Source: the human T2T-CHM13v2.0 reference genome, Homo sapiens. Taken from it: a stretch of DNA of 64,000 bases. Below, one piece after another: positions 1 to 13,018 of the stretch. The DNA lies in the NCBI RefSeq assembly GCF_009914755.1, contig NC_060932.1; one strand, 5' to 3'. The stretch's first letter is position 1, and the number at the start of each line of letters is the position of its first letter. Below the pieces are notes generated by a model. It did no database searches. It was not told the DNA's origin and saw only the letters and a program-made list of their open reading frames with translations. Position numbers and translations under genes: made by a program.

Positions 1-244
1 ACAAGGGCAATCAGCTAATGTACTTCTTTGTAAGAACACGTACTCTCTTAAATAGGGGCTTCCTTCTAACAAGAGACAGTGACATTTAAAATAGGCCTGA
101 GAAAATAATTGTTGAACACATTTTCCTTTGCTTGAACTATGCTGAACCAACAGGCTATGGAGTCAGCCCAAGTTTGAATGCTGAAACTGCATTTCAATGC
201 AGCTGGAAGATCTGAGAAATTATTTTAACATCACCAAAAATTTA

Positions 245-345
245 TTTCCAAATTTATAAAATGGGAATAGTATCAATTTCTGCCTCATAGACTTTCATGA
301 AAATTAAATTAGAAGATAATGCATGGAAATCACTTGGCTTGGCAA
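245..345 (+). mobile_element. MIR SINE fragment
   Basis: Degenerate MIR core (tataaaatgggaatagta...ctgcctcatag...gataatgcatggaaatcacttggc); approximate bounds. Confidence 0.6.
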
Positions 346-1459
346 TTAGGTTATAGTCTACAGATGTTATTGATCATTTGATTATTACTCTTATGAGAAG
401 GAAAATTTGAAGAGAAATGCTATGAATTAGCTTTCTCTCAGCATGTTCTTAAGGTTAATTTTGATCAAATATACTCAAGCTTGTTTATAAGTAGAGCACA
501 AATGCTTTCGTGACTTTCTGAGTGAATTTTGAACACATATTAAAATACTAGGACACTTCAGAATCTAGTAAAATGCATGGCTTAATGTACTGTCGTGGTT
601 AAAATTCTTGGTAATGTAAACATTTTGTACTCTTTATTTTGTTTAGGAAAAAGCCAACTTCAATAAGGAGACTCCATCTGTTTGTGAGTGTCTATAGAGG
701 GAAAGAATTTTAAAAGTCAGGAAGAGAAGATATTTTAAAAGTTTTGTGATATGTTGAATGTGTTTCAAGTAATTTTATCTAAAAACCAGCATGGGATCTG
801 CTAATGCCATCAAATCTGACAAGAGTTTTTAATCTCAGTAGTTACCCCAACTACATAGTTGTTATAATGTTTAATTATTCCCTTGGACAGTAGATTTCAT
901 TTGGATGTTGTTTTCGTTTACAAACATCTACAGTTGATAACATCCTGAACATTTTAAACAACCATCCTCTGGTATTAATATACTCTTTCTTTCTTGCTGA
1001 ATACATTTCTCATAAAAAGGGTTTATCGAAAGTATTATTTTGATTCAGTTGGTTAAGACTACTAAGAGTCACTGAGAAAGATAGTTTATTTGCATGCTGT
1101 AAGAAAGCACTTGGTATTATCACATCTTTTGGAAAATACCCTCAGTTTTAAAAAATCACATTGCATCTGGTTACATCTTCATGGCACTTTTTATATTAAA
1201 ATGACACTCTTACTTATAAATGAGATACCAAAATTCTGGGTACTTCCTAAAGGATATACACAGGAAAAACAATTGTTGGGATTCATGGGTAAAGCACAGC
1301 TTAATTATTTTGTGGAAGGAGAGATGAGCAGATATCCTATTTCTTGTCTTTTCCTAATCTACTTTCATGAACTCCCAAGAATCCCTTTTCACATCCTCTT
1401 TTGGTCCATTTGTTACAGGTTAAAAGTAAGACCTTCTCTGCCCTTTATGATATTTTCAA

Positions 1460-1610
1460 GTTAATTACCTCATTGTACCTCAATTTTCTTATCTATAAAA
1501 TAGGAGTAATAAATTGTACCTGCTTTATAGGGTTGTGAGGGCTAAATATGTGTGGAGTATCTAAATCACTGCCTTGCAAAAATCTACCCAATAAATATTG
1601 GCTGAATTCT
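1460..1610 (+). mobile_element. MIR SINE fragment
   Basis: cctcaattttcttatctataaaataggagtaata...tagggttgtgagg resembles the MIR core and 3' end. Confidence 0.7.
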
Positions 1611-2149
1611 TATCTTCATTATCATCATCATCATTAGGGTCTCTGTTTTGGTTAGTGTACCTGCAGCTATTCCAACACGGAAGGCAGCACCCAAGGAATC
1701 TTGTAACTCATTCTTCTCCCAGCCTCCACTGTTCATCAACCATTCCCTCTTGTTCTTCCCTATTACCCAGCCCTAGCTGAGACCATCATCATAACACCCT
1801 TGAACTATTCTAACAGCCTCTGGAAGGGTCCACTTTCTTTCTTCAATTTATGCTTCACTTTGTCCCAGAGTTCCAGCTCTGAAACAGAATAGATGATCCC
1901 GTCATGAGATCCAGGCAGGAACCACCTCACTGGCCACCTTCCTTTACATATATAAATCTTTCCATACTTTAGATAATTATTTCCCAATGGCTTAACCTGG
2001 AGTCTTTAAAATACAGACAAATGAATTAATGCAGCTCTGATCCTCCACATGTATTCGTTACTGGGAAGACCAGATCTCACCATCTTCTGAATGTTATTTT
2101 CATTCAGAAAATTTCTGTACTACAATGCAGGCAGGGCACGCAGTGTCAT

Positions 2150-2475
2150 TTTCAGCAACATCAGTGGAACATGAGGCCATTATCTCAGTGAACCAACTCA
2201 GAAAGACAAATACTGTATATTTTCACTTATAAACAGTAGCTAAATAAGGGGTATACGTGGATATAGAGTGCAAACTAATAGACACTGGATACTTGGAAGG
2301 GTGGAAGGGAAATGGATGATGAGAAATTACTTAATGAGTACAATGTTTATAATTTAGGTGATGGAATATACATAATTAAGGTGATGGACATGCTAAAAGA
2401 CCCGACTTCATACTATGCAAAATATCCATGTAACAATATTACACTAGTACTCCTTAAATTTGTACAAATAAAAAT
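2150..2475 (+). mobile_element. L1 3' end (L1PB-like)
   Basis: ORF2 end and 3' UTR (gaggccattatctcagtg...gatgagaaattacttaatgagtacaatgt...tatccatgtaac...tacaaataaaaa). Confidence 0.75.
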
Positions 2476-2509
2476 GAAGATGATTGCACATCTTTAAGTC
2501 AAGGAATCA

Positions 2510-2680
2510 GTGTGACCAGGACAAACTTAGGTTCAAATTCTAGTTTTACTGCATTCCAACTCTATAGTTTTCATTTTCAGAGCCTCATTTTCCTCATCTG
2601 TAAAGTGGGATCATAATAGCTATCTTCAAAATTATTGTGAAAAATATCTGAAAATTTGAAATTGCATAAGCCATTAGCAA
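2510..2680 (+). mobile_element. MIR SINE fragment
   Basis: ggttcaaattctag...agcctcattttcctcatctgtaaagtgggatcataatag. Confidence 0.7.
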
Positions 2681-3124
2681 ACGCAAAAATGGATTGTTAA
2701 GCAGTGTCTCAGAAAATAAAGACGAAAATACTAAACAAATTAGGAGAATTTATAATGAGGATTTCTGTAATTTTGTAATAATAACAAGGGGATTTTTTCT
2801 AAGTATGTAATAGAAGTCAGAAGGTATGAAAGAAAAAAGTTGATAAATTTAACTACAAAATAATTTTTTAAATAACCACAAATAAAAAAGCATAAATCCA
2901 GAGGTCAAATGCAGAATATGGAAAAACTGTTAGCAACCTACAAAGCGTTCATTTCTTTACTGTGTAAAGGCTTGAAAATCAGTAAGAAAAAAATAACAAT
3001 TCAAGAAAAAAATAGGCAAAAGATATGCGTGATAGTAAACCGACAAAATAGAAATGGCTCTTAAACATTTAAGATGCTCATTCTTACTCCTAACAAGACA
3101 AAATGCAAATTAAAGTAACAAGTT

Positions 3125-3451
3125 GGCTGGGCGTGGTGGCTCATGCCTATGATCCCAACACTTTGGGAGGCTGAGGCTAGAGGATCACTTGAGCCTAGTT
3201 TGAGACAAGCCTGGCCACCATGGCAAAACCCTATTTTTATAAAAAACACAAAAATTAGCCAGGTGTGGTGGCATGCACCTGTAGTCCCAACTACTCGGGA
3301 GGCTGAGGTAGGAGGATTGCTTAAGTCCAGGAGGTCAAGGCAGCAGTTATTTGAGATCATGCCACTGCACTCCAGCCTGGGCAACAGTTGGATCCTGCCT
3401 CAAAAAAAAAACCAAAAAACAAACAAACAAAACAAACAAACAACAAAAAAA
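3125..3451 (+). mobile_element. AluJ
   Basis: Dimeric Alu with J-type aggatcacttgagcc and ggaggattgcttaagtccagg motifs; A/AAAC tail. Confidence 0.9.
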
Positions 3452-3793
3452 GTAAGTCACAAGTTGGATACCAAGGATTAATAAGGTGGCTATTGGTCTA
3501 GTGTTGAAGTTGTAGACAAAGAGGCCTTCTCACACATCGCCACCTTTGGGATAAATTGGTACACCTTATAGAGAGAAATGTGGTAATATTGATCAAAATT
3601 TACAATGCACATTTACTTTGACCCAGCAATCTCACTGCTAGAAAAATGACCTATAGATATATCCATACACATACAAAGTAAAATAAATACACAGATAAAT
3701 ATTAACTGTCACACTACTAACAATTTGGAAACAACTTGAGTATCCATCATAATGGGATTGATACCTCATGATACAGATAAATATAAGTATTTT

Positions 3794-3894
3794 ATAATAG
3801 CACTTAACTAAGAAGAGCACAAAGATGGGCATAATAGCACTTAACTAAGATGAGCACAAATAAATATTTTATAATAGCACTTAACTAAGATGAG
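3794..3894. repeat. Three-copy imperfect tandem repeat (ataatagcacttaactaagaWgag)
   Basis: Copies start at 3794, 3831 and 3871. Confidence 0.9.
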
Positions 3895-4589
3895 GCAGGC
3901 CTATATATACTGCTGTGAAAAAACTGTTCAAGATATATTAACTATGAATATATATATATGTATCAATGTATGGAATTTGTAAAAAGAGAAGTATGCAGGT
4001 TTATGGTTCTGTATGCATAGATTATATCTGAGGAATGAATTTATATAGCTGGATAATAAGAATAGAAAGATTTTTTACTATGTATAAATATCATTTTTAA
4101 ACTCGGATTTCTATTATATGCATGTATTGCCTAGTCAAAACATAAATAAAAATAAAAGCAACTTAAATGTTACAAAAACTTTTATCAGCAGCCCATCTGA
4201 GGAAATGTGTATCCTGCTAGTACTTTTTGGTAACATTTGCTGATATAATATGTCTGCTTGTGTCTTCTGGATACTTCATAGGATAATAACATACATGTAA
4301 AAATACTGTGGAGTCTGCTATACTCAATTAATTGTATCACATCAGTTGTTGCTGGAACCCTTAGTCAAGAATGTCTAATGTATTTTCTATGTCCTGGTTA
4401 TTATTTTTTTGTTGTTGTTCTTATTTTCTAGTTTCTGAATCACATGCTGAGCTACTTCAGTGTTCCAAGTGAGTCCTCATCTCATTTTGGTATATGCCAG
4501 TCCTTGTTGCACTGGCTGCTTTCTTGTACCTTAGCTTGATATGCCAATTGCAGAGAGAAAGGAAAGGAACTGGAATTCTTTTCGGAATG

Positions 4590-4800
4590 TATATTATATG
4601 TCAAGCACTGCAATAAATGTTTTGCATGTTTAATGTGATGTAACATTTATAATCATCATCATAATTAAGTAGTCACTTTACTTATTTACAGTCCTCTCAA
4701 TAACGCTATGAAGTTATTCTCACTCCTATAATTTTAAAAATGAGAAAACAGGGCTTAGTTAAATTAAATGACTTAACCAAGGGGTCACACCAAAGAGGTC
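4590..4800 (-). mobile_element. MIR SINE
   Basis: Reverse MIR core (ctcaataacgctatgaag...aaatgagaaaacagggcttag...gacttaaccaaggggtcacac). Confidence 0.7.
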
Positions 4801-6309
4801 TGGCTCAATATGGCTTCAAAGCCTCTCAGCTCTATCCTGTACTGTGCTGTCTTCCGCCTCACACTCTAAGTACTGACATACTCGAAATTCTATTTTAAAA
4901 ATACAATGACTTTCTAGTATAATATTTCAGGCTTTTATCAAATATATTTTATATAGCTAATTCTATGTAAAATTTCATTGCTTTATAAAAAGCAAGGATA
5001 TCAAAAAATGTAATTTTCCTTGGATGTGAATATACTCTGAAATTACTCTTTCAAAATGCCTTCTGTGTGTGAATATCTTCTCCATTAACCTCAAAGTGAC
5101 CAAAACCCTCTTGCTTTTGCTAGGACTTTTTGAAGCCAGTCTTAAAATGTTCTTGTACTCCCCCCAAAACTTAAATTTAACTAACATTTAATTTTTACTG
5201 AAAAAAATCTATATTTTTGGAGTGATGGAGTGATTTTTTATATTGCAAAAATCGCTAGAAATCCTCTCCAAATAATTTGTTTCTTCCCCTAAAAGCCTGT
5301 CTATGATTACTGCCCACTTTTTCTCTCACTCTCTTCTCCTACTCCTTATTCTCTAGGCTGACCTGTCTTTTATATTATTTCTAAAAAGTATCTCAACTTG
5401 TCTACCCTACTTCACAAACTAAAACTGCAGTGTGTACAACTTCAACAAACTAAAAGCCTCCATTTTATACCCTTTTTTTCTCCTGCAGACCCCAGAATGA
5501 TCTAAATTTACCTTACTCCATCTGTATTGATTATATTGTGAGATTGTTTCCTATTAATAGATTTCCACAGTTTTAGGATTCTGAAATATCTTCTGGGATA
5601 TGTCTCCTGAGAGCCTATCTGCCAGTGCTCAGGAGAAGTTTTGGACTTTTGCTTGTTGTCTCTTTGGGCTTTGCCATTTAAACATTACATGCATCAGCTA
5701 CGGGTTATAAAAGCATTGGAACTATGCTTAGTTAACATTTATCCAGTGAAATGACTTGGGTATAACATATGTTATACTTGTGTATCTTCAGACCAACAGG
5801 GACATTGTTTTGGAAAATCTTTTGAGATCTCTTAATAAAATTATGCCAGTTATCTTAATTTGACATATCTTTTCTAATAAATAGAGTTAAAAATATAATA
5901 CCAGAATTAAACACTCAAAATCAAAATAGGGCATATTTGATATATTAAATATGTTAATAGTGTCTAGAAATGTTAATAGACACTAGAATAGTATCTAGAA
6001 ATAGTGTCATGGTAAATTTCGTTATTATTATTATTGGTTTTTGCAATACAGAATGAATACTTAAGGTACATCCTGAAAAATGAACCTGTAATATACTACT
6101 GGTGACTGTGTAGCAGGAATAAATGGAACTCATATTAAATATACTTTTAAAAAAATATTTAAAGTATTAAAAATATTTATGCTCTGGTTTCTCTTCAGAA
6201 TGACTTTATCTTTTTGTCTTTTACTAAAGTATTAAAAATATTTAATCCATATGAGTTTTTCAAAGTTTACTTCAGCAATAGTAATATTACTAATAAAAAT
6301 GGAGTTATT

Positions 6310-6480
6310 ACTATAGGTACTGTGCTAGGACCTTTTTTCATTATTTAATATTCATAATATTTGTATGAGGTATTATCATTACCCCTGCATAGATCAGGAT
6401 ATTGAGGCCAAGGTGGATTAAGTGACTTCTCCAAGATAATTTTGTAAGTAAGTGGTTGGGAAACAATTAGACTTTACTGT
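6310..6480 (-). mobile_element. MIR SINE
   Basis: aggtactgtgctagg...tatgaggtattatcattacc...tgaggccaaggtggattaagtgacttctccaag. Confidence 0.7.
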
Positions 6481-7280
6481 CCAGGCATTGGTAAACAATG
6501 TAATACAGCTATCTCTCAAAGACAAATTGTGTGATTATGTTATTATTCTTTGAATGAATTTCAAAAGAATTCAGAATACATTGAAAAGCCTAGCAAAAAA
6601 CATTTAGGAGAGCTGAATTTGTGATTTGATGGATTTTCTCTGGACATATATCAGCAGGTACTAGCAGATGCTCACACGCAATTATGAATATTACAGAGAC
6701 TTAGATAAAATTCAGTAAGCTATTTTAGTTGTTTATTTTGCTATTTACTCCTTAATGTTCTTGTTTACTTGCATTGTCACTTCTCATTTTTTCTTTAAAA
6801 TTATTTTCAAGCAAGGTCCAGGTTGATATGAACTACGATATTATATGGCATTCAGTGTGTAAAGTTTATTACATATGAAATACAGAAAAGAGAAAGGTGA
6901 AAATATGGAAAAGCAGGAAGATAACTAGAAAATAAATAAAAATAAGAACTGCTAACTTGGAATCAGAGAGGAAATCGGTCATCACAATTTTAGGGCCTTA
7001 GGAAACTTCCTCTCTTACATTTGTTTGATTAGAACTGTTCGTCAGAGAAAAAAAGCATTTTATATAGTCCCTTCTGCTTAACATCCATGAAAAATTCACG
7101 TCTTCATTTCTTTGGGTTTTAAATGTGCGACTAGGAAGAGAATGGATCTAGAAAACCTGTGGAATGATGGCAGTAGGGATTACCAACAAGGGGACAGTTG
7201 GAATGGCAAGGAACCATTCTGAAGTGGGAGCTAGGCAGGTGGCTAGTGTGGAAGGAATGCAAGATGAAGAATAGTGATGT

Positions 7281-7731
<451 letters not shown>

Positions 7732-7871
7732 TTACTTTTGTAACATAATTAATGTTTTCTATTCTAGTTATTAATGTTATCTAGATGAAGTTGCTCCAGA
7801 AATGGTTGGTTTACACTCTGCTAGTCCAGTTCAGGTATCAGACAGCCACAGTCCTTTTGTATATTACCTGA

Positions 7872-8586
7872 TGAAATGGGGGAGTTCCCTGATTCCCCTC
7901 ACAGAATGTGTGACAGGGCTGTGGTTTGCCTGCTTGGTTGGTCATCGCTGCTGCTCAAACCCTGTGGGGAGGGGGAGCACACAGACGGACAGGTGCAGGA
8001 GCCCAAGTGGGCATTGTGTTGCAGTGTGCCCTTGTAGCCCTACCCTCCATGGATGGCTTGATGTTAACAAGCTCAATGGACCCTCTGCCTTTTCACAAGG
8101 GTAGAGGGCCAGTGTGATAGCTTTCTGTATCCTGAATTCTTGCCCAGCATCCCAGAAGTACTGGGTCACACATGGGCTTGAAGGAAGAACTCAGGGTTTT
8201 ATTGAGTGGTGGAGGTGGCTCTCAGCAGGATGGATGGGGAGCTGGAAGGGGGATGGAGTGGGAAAATGATCTTCCCCTGGAGTTTGGCCGTACAGTGGCT
8301 GAACTCCTCTCAGTGTTCAGATGTTCCTCCTTTTCTCACTTTCTCTGCCTGTCATTCTGCCATTCATCTATTTGTCTCATCTCTTCGTCTGCTTCTGGAG
8401 CCTGGGATTCAGGGTTTATATGGGTACAGGATAGGGTGTGTTGCAGGCCAAAAGGCAACTTTTTAGGTGCAAAAACAGGAATGCCTGTCCCAATCTAGGG
8501 CCGCAGGTCTCCAGGCTTGAGGGTGGGGCCTTTACTGGGGAACTGCCCTCTTCTACCCAGTGTTTCCCTGTCTCCTGTCCGTATCA
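7872..8586 (-). mobile_element. Solo ERV1 LTR, LTR1 family
   Basis: Minus strand starts TGATACGGACAGGAGACAGGGAAACACTGGGTAGAAGAGGGC and ends GGGAATCAGGGAACTCCCCCATTTCA; minus-strand TATAAA (8415-8420) and AATAAA (8198-8203). Confidence 0.8.
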
Positions 8587-9287
8587 CTCTAACAGTTATG
8601 ATACCAGGACCCTATTTCTAAAGGCCTTGGAAGATAATACACAGCATCAAAAGATACATTAGTTAGGATTGTAAACCCTAGCCATTGTAACTATCCTTAA
8701 TTATTGTGAAGCAGCAGAAAATAACAAAAAAACATGTTCCACACTCTAGCAGAATATAGTTAAATGTAAGCTGGGGTGGGTTTATTGGTGTATGATAATT
8801 AGAAGGGATGGTTTACCCTATAAATGTGGCCATGAAGAACAGTATAAATATGCTATCTCTGTTACTGCTGGTACAGAAAGGGCCTGTGATACCCAGTGTA
8901 AACATTTGGTAGGCAGGAAAAGGGCTCTGGACTATGGAAGACCAAGGAAGTGAATACTTTCATTTCACCTAGACTCATGAGTGCTGTTGATTCTGCTGTA
9001 TCAGCCTTGTGGGCTACAGTTTCCTTCTTCATTATTGCTACTCTCTATAGCTCATAAAGTCCTCCTTATGATTTCCACTGGACTAAAATGTAGCATAGTT
9101 CTTCCTGGTCTAGATGACACTCTTGGAAATGCACAAACAATGGATAAGAACTATGAACAAGAAGATTCCGTAGGATTCAACCTATCAGAGAGGACCTTGA
9201 AGTTCTGCTTTATGAGCCTGCAGGCAAAGAGTGATCATTTGCCTCTCAAGCAGCCTCTGGTCATCTATCTGCCTTTGAGCCATCAAG

Positions 9288-9375
9288 ATGCCGATGTCTT
9301 CTCTTCCAGCAGCTATTTTGTCTCACATGACAGCTATTAACAATGTGCCTCCTCCTCCACTTCACAGTATACCAA
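9288..9375 (+). CDS. CNBD1: CNBD1 coding exon 1 (88 nt; MPMSSLPAAILSHMTAINNVPPPPLHSIP + 1 nt)
   Basis: ATG with A at -3, open frame, donor CAA|gtgagt at 9376; splices in frame to exon 2; peptide recognised from memory as the human CNBD1 N-terminus. Confidence 0.95.
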
Positions 9376-11092
9376 GTGAGTGGGAAATACTTTGATGCTC
9401 TTATTCACCTACCATTGTTTTCAGCGGTTCTTACCCCAGCTATGAAAATTGGGGGTATTTCAGGGTTGATAGGGACATTGGGAATCTTATTGACAGTGCT
9501 GAAGAATGGAAAGAACATAGATGTGTAAATCCTGCTTGGTCTACTTGAAGTCATTTCAGTACTCTAGGTCTTAAGTATTTTTTCTCTGTAAAATGAGGAT
9601 CTTTACGAACTCTTAGAGCTTCAGATACATTGAAATATTTCTAAAGATGAAAGAAAACAAAGATTTAGAGAGGCCACATGTTCCACCAGCTATCAGGTTC
9701 CTTTTTCTAGCAGATCTTCTACTCCCTACCAAGAGTTGGTCCTACTACGCTTAATGGGATAATTAATACTTAATATTCTCTAGGAGAATTCTCATTTCAA
9801 TTTGACAAGGAAAAAAAGATAATTCCTACTATTCTGACTGTGAAATTTATTCCTATTTAACTTTTTTATTTTCTAGTCTTACTTATAAGAATTAAGTATA
9901 GAACTAGATATTTCAAAGTTTATATAATTGACAGTATTTTCTCATTTTATGTAATTAGTCTAAACCTATAACGTTTTCTTAAGATTGTAAACACTTCTCA
10001 TGGCCATCGAATTTATAAGATCTATTATTTGAACACCATCATTCTGACTAGCAATATGTATGAGTTCCAGTGTTAGTTAAGATTTTTAAAAAATATCTGG
10101 ATAACAAAGGTAATACTTGTGATCCTTTTCAACTTCAATAAAGCATTAACTCTTATTTTATTATTCATTGGGCAGATTTATAGTATTGATTTGAAGAAGC
10201 TAAGCCATCCATCCTTTTCCCTTCCTGTGAAAGTTAATTTCTCCAAATACATTTTAAAAAATTAATGCTCATAGTCTCCAGGTTAAAAGGTATAACAGGT
10301 GGCAGTTGATACTCCTTGAAGGGGTACACTGATGTCTTGAATAGTGTTAGACAAAATCCTTATGTTAAACAAAATTAATTCCATTTGTATTATAGTGAAA
10401 ATAATCTTGCATCTGGTCAAAGTTTTCTATTTCTACTTGAGTGGAAATAAGAATTAAGTGCAATTTTGCTGAAGAAACACAGCTTCTACTATTCATGTTT
10501 TATTTGTGAAAAAGAAAATAAAAGTCACCATAAAATAATATTTTTAAAAAGCCCAGGAAACTCGGTAGCTGGGAGTTAAAAGATCAAATTAATTTAGAAT
10601 CAATGAGATGAGATTTGTGCTACCCTCTGTAGTGCCTCCCAAGGACACTTAACTTCTGTGAAGTGATTAAAAGACGAAAAATCAGCAGCAATTTAGATCT
10701 CAGAACTGAATAGAGCATAATGGAAAGCGGTGGAGCTCCCAGTGTTCCTTTAGAGGTTCGCACTTGATGTTTCTATGTCTGCAACTTCTCTTTGAGGACG
10801 TGCCCTGCTTGCCTTAATAACTGTGTCTTTTTGCTAACTGTAGCAAGACAATAATTTTCCTTAGCAAGCACTGATTGTCTCACTGCTGAAACAATGATCT
10901 CATGGAAGCCAATGTGTAATGAATGCTTTCAATTTATGAAATGACTGAACCTGAATTACAAAGGATATATAAATGAGTTTTAAATGCAGTGGGCATAAAT
11001 AGGAATGCACATTTACATACCTAAAAAGAAAATCCAGCCATTGTATACATCCTTGATACTTTGTATTTGTTGAGTTAGGTTGGATTTAGTGA

Positions 11093-11424
<332 letters not shown>

Positions 11425-11439
11425 GTCTGTATTTATATG

Positions 11440-12110
11440 TGAATATTGTTAATTGAGTGCTTTCTGTAGTTAGTATGTAAACATTTAGCACGTTATGTTA
11501 TTTCATGTATTTCTTACAAGAACTCTATGTCTTCGGTGGACAGAATTAACGGTCCCAGTGATATCCATGCCTTAATTCACAAAACTTATGAATAGGTTAT
11601 ACTACATGTTAGGGGGAATTGAGGCTGCACATGCAATTAAAGCAGCTAATTGGCTCCACTTGAGATGGGAGAATATTCCGGTTTGTCTGGGTACCCGCCA
11701 CAATTGTGAGAGCCCTTATAAGCAAAAGAGGAAGGCGAGAGAGTCAGTCAGAATGATATGTGAGAAAGACTCGACTGGCCCTTGCTGGCTTTGAAGATGG
11801 AGGGGGGACAAAAGCCAAGGAATTCAGGCAGCCTCTAGAAGCAGGGAAAGGCAAAGAAATGGATTCTCCCCTAGCGTCTCCAGAAGAATTGCAGTCCTGC
11901 TGATGTGATTTTAGCCCAGTGAAATCAGGTTCAGAGTTCTCATTTCCAGAACTGTTAGATAATACGTTTTTATTTTTTTAAGCCACTAAGGCAGTGGCAA
12001 TCTTTTACAGCAGCAATATAAAATTAATACGTGTTCCAGTTTACACTTAAGGATAATAAGGCTTAGGTTTCATACTAAGGTTCACACAGATGTTAAGTAG
12101 CAGAGGCTCC
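11440..12110 (-). mobile_element. MIR split by an MLT1D insertion
   Basis: MIR halves at about 11440-11530 and 12035-12110 flank the MaLR LTR. Confidence 0.5.
11533..12031 (+). mobile_element. MaLR solo LTR (MLT1D-like)
   Basis: ttgctggctttgaagatgg...agccaaggaattcaggcagcctctagaagc...ggattctcccctag...ttttaagccactaag...cagcagcaata...aattaatac. Confidence 0.85.
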
Positions 12111-12985
12111 TCGTAGCGTCATCTGTGTAAACAAACTCTACTCACAACAACAACAACAAAGCTAGCAGCATTCCGGGTTGCCCCTTACCTCCTGCCCTGA
12201 ATTTCTTGCCCATTTGGCTACTTAAATGCTATTAATATATGGGAGGCAACATGTCACACATCTTCAAACCCTCCTCCACTGCTATCTTGTTGACTCTGAA
12301 ATTCAGACTCAGACACTTCAAGTAGTTAAGCTTCTTGAGCTAGTTTGCTGCTTGTGGTTCTTTCTTCTTTGAAACTTTCAAGTCTTTTCCTTCTCTGGTC
12401 TCTTTGATTTCTGTCTCAGGATTCTTCACAGTTTGCTAACCTTAGGGGAGGAATGAATGTTCTCAAAAGCAGAAGAGCTGTTCCACTTTTCATTCTGGAT
12501 GAGAATTATTTTAAAAACATCATAGCTAACAAACTGTACAGTTTTACCACCTAAGTGAAATGGCATCTGGTTTAAGTACACACATGACCCATTATTTTTA
12601 TAAGTTGATTTCCTGAAGAGGCAGAAAAAAAGAAAAAAAAATTCTTATTTTAAAAAATTTTTAATGGAAGGCAAGAAGCTGTCCTTCACCGTTTGGTTTA
12701 TGGTCCAGTTAACTTCCTTTGTTGGGATAAATTTGCTGCTACTCTATTTTCTTCACACTAATTAGGCTTATTCTTCTGAGGAAGAATGGGTTTAAAAATA
12801 TGCTTTACATTTTGACTACTGGTTGACTTGAAAAAAAAATTTCTGTGCTTTTCCAGTTCCAAAAATGTTTTAATTCACCAGACATTTCTAGGTATCTTTC
12901 ATTTATTCCAACATATGAGTTGGAAAAAAAAAAGCATTCAAGATAAGACCAGAGACACATCAAGAAATTTAGAAACAAGATAGTA

Positions 12986-12990
<5 letters not shown>

Positions 12991-13018
<28 letters not shown>

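Larger units (their letters stand above)
2700..4160 (+). mobile_element. Old L1M fragment, interrupted by AluJ
   Basis: A-rich degenerate L1 ORF2 3' motifs (aaaatgcaaattaaa, taaattggtacacc, tttgacccagcaatctcactgctag, tggaaacaact). Confidence 0.6.

Noticed and set aside
1090-1464. 124-aa ORF
   Set aside because: TTG start, AT-rich, no recognisable domain or splice support; likely chance.
3794-3894. Repeat-spacer-like pattern suggestive of CRISPR (also 40322-40399)
   Set aside because: Human DNA, only three copies, very short spacers, no cas genes; these are ordinary local duplications.
8819-8848. Two TATAAA motifs as the CNBD1 TATA box
   Set aside because: They lie 440-470 bp from the ATG in AT-rich DNA where the hexamer is common, and there is no TSS evidence.
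8945-8966. ETS/IRF-like motif aggaagtgaatactttcatttc
   Set aside because: Short imperfect matches that sequence alone cannot support.
8981-9528. Track ORFs of 119 aa and 61 aa as the gene product
   Set aside because: Both are out of frame with the spliced CNBD1 CDS; only the 9212-9340 part is kept, as a uORF candidate.
10560-11000. Repeat-free stretch that might be a conserved non-coding element (also about 28250-28560)
   Set aside because: An impression only; it needs phastCons or phyloP scores.
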